Translations under genes and position numbers: made by a program
Part shown: piece after piece, positions 63,725-64,000 of the stretch
How the letters are laid out: the number at the start of each line of letters is the position of its first letter
Numbering within the stretch: position 1 is the first letter of the stretch
Notes under the pieces: generated by a model
The model's input: the letters and a program-made list of their open reading frames with translations, nothing else
The model's database searches: none
What the model was told of the DNA's origin: nothing
NCBI RefSeq assembly: GCF_054482595.1
Contig: NZ_CM137008.1
Direction: 5' to 3' (one strand)
DNA: 64,000 nt

Positions 63725-64000
63725 TTAGATATGGGTAACGATTTCTTTAATCAGCGGCGGACCTTTAAAAATAAAACCAGAATAAATTTGCACCAGTGAG
63801 GCACCCGCAGCAATCTTTTCACGCGCAGCGATAACCGAGTCGATGCCGCCAACACCGATGATCGGTAAGCGACCGTTTAATTCCAGTGACAAGCGGCGAA
63901 TAATTTCGGTGCTTTTTAACTGAAGCGGACGACCACTTAATCCACCGGTTTGATCGCAATTTTTCATTCCCTGAACCAGAGAACGATCGAGTGTGGTATT
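63725..64000 (-). CDS. pyrD: Dihydroorotate dehydrogenase PyrD, C-terminal ~92 codons; gene continues beyond window end
   Basis: C-terminal sequence ...[47 protein letters not shown]. Confidence 0.85.

Overview
The first ~14 kb is the early (left) arm of a lambdoid prophage, running ninB(partial)-ren-P-O-cII-cro-cI-[two unknown genes]-N-sieB-ea10-cIII-kil-gam-bet-exo-orf60a/63/61-[cargo genes]-ea8.5-orf55-xis-int and ending at an attL-type junction about 94 bp upstream of torS. Replication, Red recombination and int/xis genes look lambda-like, but the immunity region (cI, cro, operators), the N antiterminator (P22 gp24-like C-terminus) and several cargo genes are heterologous. The remaining ~50 kb is conserved E. 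coli core chromosome in reverse orientation relative to K-12: torS, yccM, gnsA, ymcE, cspG, cspH, gfcABCDE-etp-etk, appA-appX-appB-appC, hyaFEDCBA, serT, yccA through pyrD (partial). The two strongest candidates for an undescribed system are both in the prophage: a translationally coupled two-gene cassette in the rexAB position downstream of cI (3954..4957), and a solo TGT-fold/DpdA-like gene (10456..11211) beside a DUF550/DUF551-type gene. All identifications rest on reading the translations against remembered protein sequences and motifs; no database search was run, and gene starts were adjusted from the ORF track where the known protein begins at an internal Met.
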